Below the pieces are notes generated by a model. The model was not told where the DNA came from and searched no databases. It saw only the letters and a program-made list of their open reading frames with translations. From an uncultured Candidatus Saccharibacteria bacterium (GTDB lineage Bacteria; Patescibacteriota; Saccharimonadia; Saccharimonadales; AWTP1-31), in assembly GCA_964469435.1 (NCBI GenBank), contig CAYXYR010000002.1:1-26654 (forward strand): a stretch of 26,654 nucleotides of DNA, given 5' to 3'. This document shows, piece by piece, positions 24,150 through 26,654 of this stretch (position 1 is its first letter; the number at the start of each line of letters is the position of its first letter). A program made the translations under genes and the position numbers.

Positions 24150-24219
24150 GCTTTAATCAGCCTTTATCTTATGCTGCATATGCTTTTATTTAAACAGAAC
24201 TAAACCTATGCCACAAGCG

Positions 24220-24248
24220 TTGACTAATTATTTGTAAAAAGGTATAAT
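24220..24248 (+). promoter_or_regulatory. Promoter of rpsF-ssb-rpsR-efp
   Basis: TTGACT (24220-24225), 17 nt, TATAAT (24243-24248). Confidence 0.85.
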
Positions 24249-24272
24249 TACCTCTGTTATATCAACTTCAGT

Positions 24273-24313
24273 CTGCATCCTCTAGTGAGTGCGGGCTTTA
24301 ACCAAAAGGAAGG
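24273..24313 (+). promoter_or_regulatory. Probable S6:S18 autoregulatory leader (rpsF leader)
   Basis: Hairpin CTGCA..CTC-TAGT-GAG-TGCGG followed by GCTTTAA-CC-AAAAGGAAGG: hairpin + CC(R) + SD layout, as recalled for the Firmicutes rpsF leader. Confidence 0.6.
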
Positions 24314-24321
24314 ATAGTAGT

Positions 24322-24693
24322 ATGGCGCAATACGAATTTGCCGTGTTGTATCACCCCGACCTAGAAGTCGACCTAACCAAGGCCGAAGATAAGGTCAAGA
24401 AAATCATTGCTGATAACGGCGGTGAGGTAACTGCAACCGACAACTGGGGCAAGCGCAAGCTAGCTTACCCAATTGCCAAGCAAGAGCATGCCGTGTATGT
24501 TTTTTACACTGTGGAGATGCCAGGTGTTGGTGTTGTTAAGGCTGAGTCAGCTCTCAACATTACCGACGAAGTGATCCGTTTTATGATCACCAAGCCAGAC
24601 CTCAAAGCTATTGCCAAGGCAGAGGCTGCAAAAGCCGAGAAAGCTGCTAAAGCTGCTGAGCGTGGCGAATCAGCCGAAGACAAAGAAGAATAA
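24322..24693 (+). CDS. rpsF: 30S ribosomal protein S6
   Basis: YEFAVLYHPDL, DNWGKRKLAYPI, EVIRFMI. Start moved to ATG 24322 behind the AGGAAGG SD. Confidence 0.97.
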   Translation: MAQYEFAVLYHPDLEVDLTKAEDKVKKIIADNGGEVTATDNWGKRKLAYPIAKQEHAVYVFYTVEMPGVGVVKAESALNITDEVIRFMITKPDLKAIAKAEAAKAEKAAKAAERGESAEDKEE

Positions 24694-24700
24694 GGAAAAG

Positions 24701-24854
24701 AGCAGCCCGAGCCAAAATCGCATTTTCGGCTCGGCGCGTTGAGGAAAACCGTAGGTTGTCCTCAAAAGGCGAAGCCGCTAAAGAAGAAGAGTAGTTGACG
24801 ACTGTCTTTAATGGCAGTAACGTAGATATACAACATAAAGGGACATAGTTTCCC
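24701..24854 (+). other. Multi-hairpin intergenic element between rpsF and ssb
   Basis: Hairpins at 24707-24734, 24739-24765, 24768-24776 (GGC-GAA-GCC), 24794-24834 and 24840-24854. Confidence 0.55.
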
Positions 24855-24872
24855 AACAAGGAGGGATGCCAC

Positions 24873-25340
24873 ATGGCACGTAGTTTTAACCAAGTAACTT
24901 TAATGGGCAACCTAACTCGTGACCCAGAGCTAAGACAAACACCTAATGGTCAGAGTGTTTGCAGCTTTAGCCTAGCGCTTAATCGCAGCTACAAAGGCAG
25001 TGACGGCAACTGGCAAGAAGCTACCGACTATATAGACGTTGTTGCGTGGGGGCCATTAGGAGAGCGAGTCGCTCAATATTTGACCAAAGGTCGACCGGCT
25101 TTAGTCAGTGGACGCTTACAAAGTCGGAGCTGGGAACAAGAGGGCCAAAAACGCAGCAAGGTAGAGGTTGTAGCTCAAGACGTAACATTCTTGGGTGGCC
25201 GAGGCGAAGGCGGCAATGGTGGTGGTGAATACGATCAATCCGCACCAACAGCCAAGCCTGCAGCTAGCAAAAATTCTAAAGACGTTGCTATAGAAGATAT
25301 AGGCGACGAACCAATTAATTTAGACGACATTCCATTTTAG
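24873..25340 (+). CDS. ssb: Single-stranded DNA-binding protein
   Basis: NQVTLMGNLTRDPELR, VSGRLQSRSWE, Gly-rich linker, C-terminal DDIPF; SD AAGGAGG. Confidence 0.98.
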   Translation: MARSFNQVTLMGNLTRDPELRQTPNGQSVCSFSLALNRSYKGSDGNWQEATDYIDVVAWGPLGERVAQYLTKGRPALVSGRLQSRSWEQEGQKRSKVEVVAQDVTFLGGRGEGGNGGGEYDQSAPTAKPAASKNSKDVAIEDIGDEPINLDDIPF

Positions 25341-25360
25341 TATAAGAAAGGAGCCATGAA

Positions 25361-25564
25361 GTGGCTAAGATTTTTAAGCATCGAACAGACGTAGCCTATT
25401 TTGACTACAAAGATTTTAAGACCCTACAACGTTATGTAAATGTATATGGGCAGATTGAAACCCGCAAAAAGACTGGCTTAACCGAAAGTCAGCAGCGACA
25501 TTTGGCACGCGCCATTAAGCGCGCTCGCAACATTGCACTATTACCATTCGTAGCAAATAACTAG
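25361..25564 (+). CDS. rpsR: 30S ribosomal protein S18 (Cys-free form)
   Basis: DYKD..L..Y....G.I..R..TG....QR.LARAIKRARNIALLPF; GTG start 7 nt after AAAGGAG. Confidence 0.96.
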   Translation: MAKIFKHRTDVAYFDYKDFKTLQRYVNVYGQIETRKKTGLTESQQRHLARAIKRARNIALLPFVANN

Positions 25565-25573
25565 GAGTGCAAC

Positions 25574-26140
25574 ATGGCATTAGGAGTAACAGACCTCAAA
25601 AAGGGGCAGGTATTTCAGATGGACGGCACACCATACCGAGTGGTTGAATATTCCCAAAAAGTTATGGGTCGAGGCGGTTCTATCGTAAACGTCAAAATCA
25701 AGAGCCTGATTGATGGCTCTGTCTTGGCTAAGACTTTTAAAGGAAACGAAGCTATTGAGCCGGCTGATGTGTCTTATCAAAATGTTCAGTACTTGTATGA
25801 CGACGGTACCATGTTTCATTTCATGGATGAGTCTACCTTCGAGCAGTTCGAGATCCCATCCGATATAATTGGCGATCAGTCAGGTTATCTAAAAGAGGGC
25901 GACAAAGTCCAGGCACAACTATTTGATGGCAAGGTTATAAATATCGAGCTACCAAAAAACGTACCACTAGAAGTGACCTACACAGAAGACGTGGTCAAGG
26001 GCGATACAACCAGCTCGGTACTAAAAGATGCCACCCTCGAGACCGGTATTAGTGTCAAAGTACCCGCTTTTATTAAGCAAGGCGATGTCATTAGTGTTGA
26101 CACATCTACAGGAGCATACCGCGAACGCGTAAAAGACTAG
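25574..26140 (+). CDS. efp: Elongation factor P
   Basis: LKKG, KIKSL..G, YLY.DG..FHFMD..TFEQ, VKGDTT, LETG..VKVPAFIKQGD...VDT..G.YRER. Confidence 0.97.
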   Translation: MALGVTDLKKGQVFQMDGTPYRVVEYSQKVMGRGGSIVNVKIKSLIDGSVLAKTFKGNEAIEPADVSYQNVQYLYDDGTMFHFMDESTFEQFEIPSDIIGDQSGYLKEGDKVQAQLFDGKVINIELPKNVPLEVTYTEDVVKGDTTSSVLKDATLETGISVKVPAFIKQGDVISVDTSTGAYRERVKD

Positions 26141-26143
26141 TCT

Positions 26144-26654
26144 ATGGCAAACCCAGAAACAGAAATTATCTGGGGTGGGTACGGCTGGAAGTCGAGTCAT
26201 AGGCGTGTCGTGCAACCGCACGTACAAGCCGCAGTTGAGCTGGCTACGCTTGCTGTTGATGAATTAGGGATACAGTATGATCAACCAAAACGTGCCCATG
26301 TACGACGTTGCGGGAGATCTGTTATTTGTCGCGGTTCGAGTGGGCTAGACCCAATTAATTTCGAAATATTTATTCGACAAGATAGGGTTAAGCATAGGAA
26401 AGTTGGCAAACTGTGTGTCGATACATTTACAACTACTGGCCATGAGATTGTCCATGGCGCTCGGAGCGAAAGATTTGATTTATGGGATATTGCTGAGGAA
26501 ATCGCGTCTGAAGGCCTAGCCCACGCATCAGAAGACTACTTACGATCAATGCTATCTGTAGAGGACGGCCTCGGTTACTACGGTGATAATATTGACATAC
26601 TCGATCCCAGGTTAAGCTCTTATAAGAACAACCTGCAAAGTGATTTGCACCTAG
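26144..26654 (+). CDS. Putative zinc metalloprotease (gluzincin, DUF2268-like), 3' truncated by window edge; absent from the ORF track
   Basis: Manual translation from ATG 26144 (MANPETEIIWGG...) is open to the window end. It contains HEIVH (26441-26455) followed by EEIASEGLA. Confidence 0.65.
   Translation, partial: MANPETEIIWGGYGWKSSHRRVVQPHVQAAVELATLAVDELGIQYDQPKRAHVRRCGRSVICRGSSGLDPINFEIFIRQDRVKHRKVGKLCVDTFTTTGHEIVHGARSERFDLWDIAEEIASEGLAHASEDYLRSMLSVEDGLGYYGDNIDILDPRLSSYKNNLQSDLHL

Noticed and set aside
24289-24321. Track start for rpsF (134 aa)
   Set aside because: Lies inside the leader hairpin; the SD points to ATG 24322.
24647-24910. 87-aa antisense ORF spanning the rpsF-ssb spacer
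   Set aside because: Overlaps both flanking genes on the opposite strand, has no promoter/SD or recognisable motif; hairpin structure explains the spacer better.
25356-25394. Out-of-frame ATG mini-ORF just before rpsR
   Set aside because: Only 2 nt from the SD, too close for initiation; the GTG at 25361 has optimal spacing.
143-26227. The many 60-175-aa shadow ORFs antisense or out of frame to identified genes (e.g. 582..1004, 7871..8392, 16989..17375, 19112..19528, 20591..20905)
   Set aside because: Fully nested in well-supported genes, with no motifs or initiation signals; expected by chance.
1-26654. tRNA, rRNA, CRISPR array, IS element, integrase or att repeats
   Set aside because: No cloverleaf/T-arm signature, no regularly spaced repeats, no transposase or recombinase motifs and no flanking direct repeats were seen by eye.

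Overview
Compact, gene-dense chromosomal segment, most likely from a Patescibacteria (CPR) genome, probably Saccharimonadia/TM7. This is an inference from gene content, short intergenic spacers and degenerate enzymes. TGA acts as a stop (truB, rnj), so the standard bacterial code applies. The housekeeping backbone is polA (3' end), mutM, holA, rpsT, a degenerate DHH/NrnA protein, a purM-like gene, truB, an ABC-F ATPase, rpsO, pnp, a family-4 UDG, rnj, ftsK, rpsF-ssb-rpsR and efp. The best candidate for an undescribed system is an accessory block at 1449-5656 with two promoters. One drives a zeta-toxin-like P-loop kinase plus a small acidic protein. The other drives a Fic-fold protein with a non-canonical motif (HFFADGCGKTAK) plus two tandem Mesh1/SAH-type HD hydrolases, giving a possible nucleotide writer/eraser cassette. 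Other signals: a shared N-terminal ETPQxDP-like motif on orphan acidic proteins, a recurrent AAGCATAA promoter motif, many apparently leaderless genes, and two multi-hairpin intergenic elements (rpsO-pnp and rpsF-ssb). No tRNA, rRNA, CRISPR array, transposase or integrase was recognised. All family assignments come from motif recognition by eye; no database searches were run.
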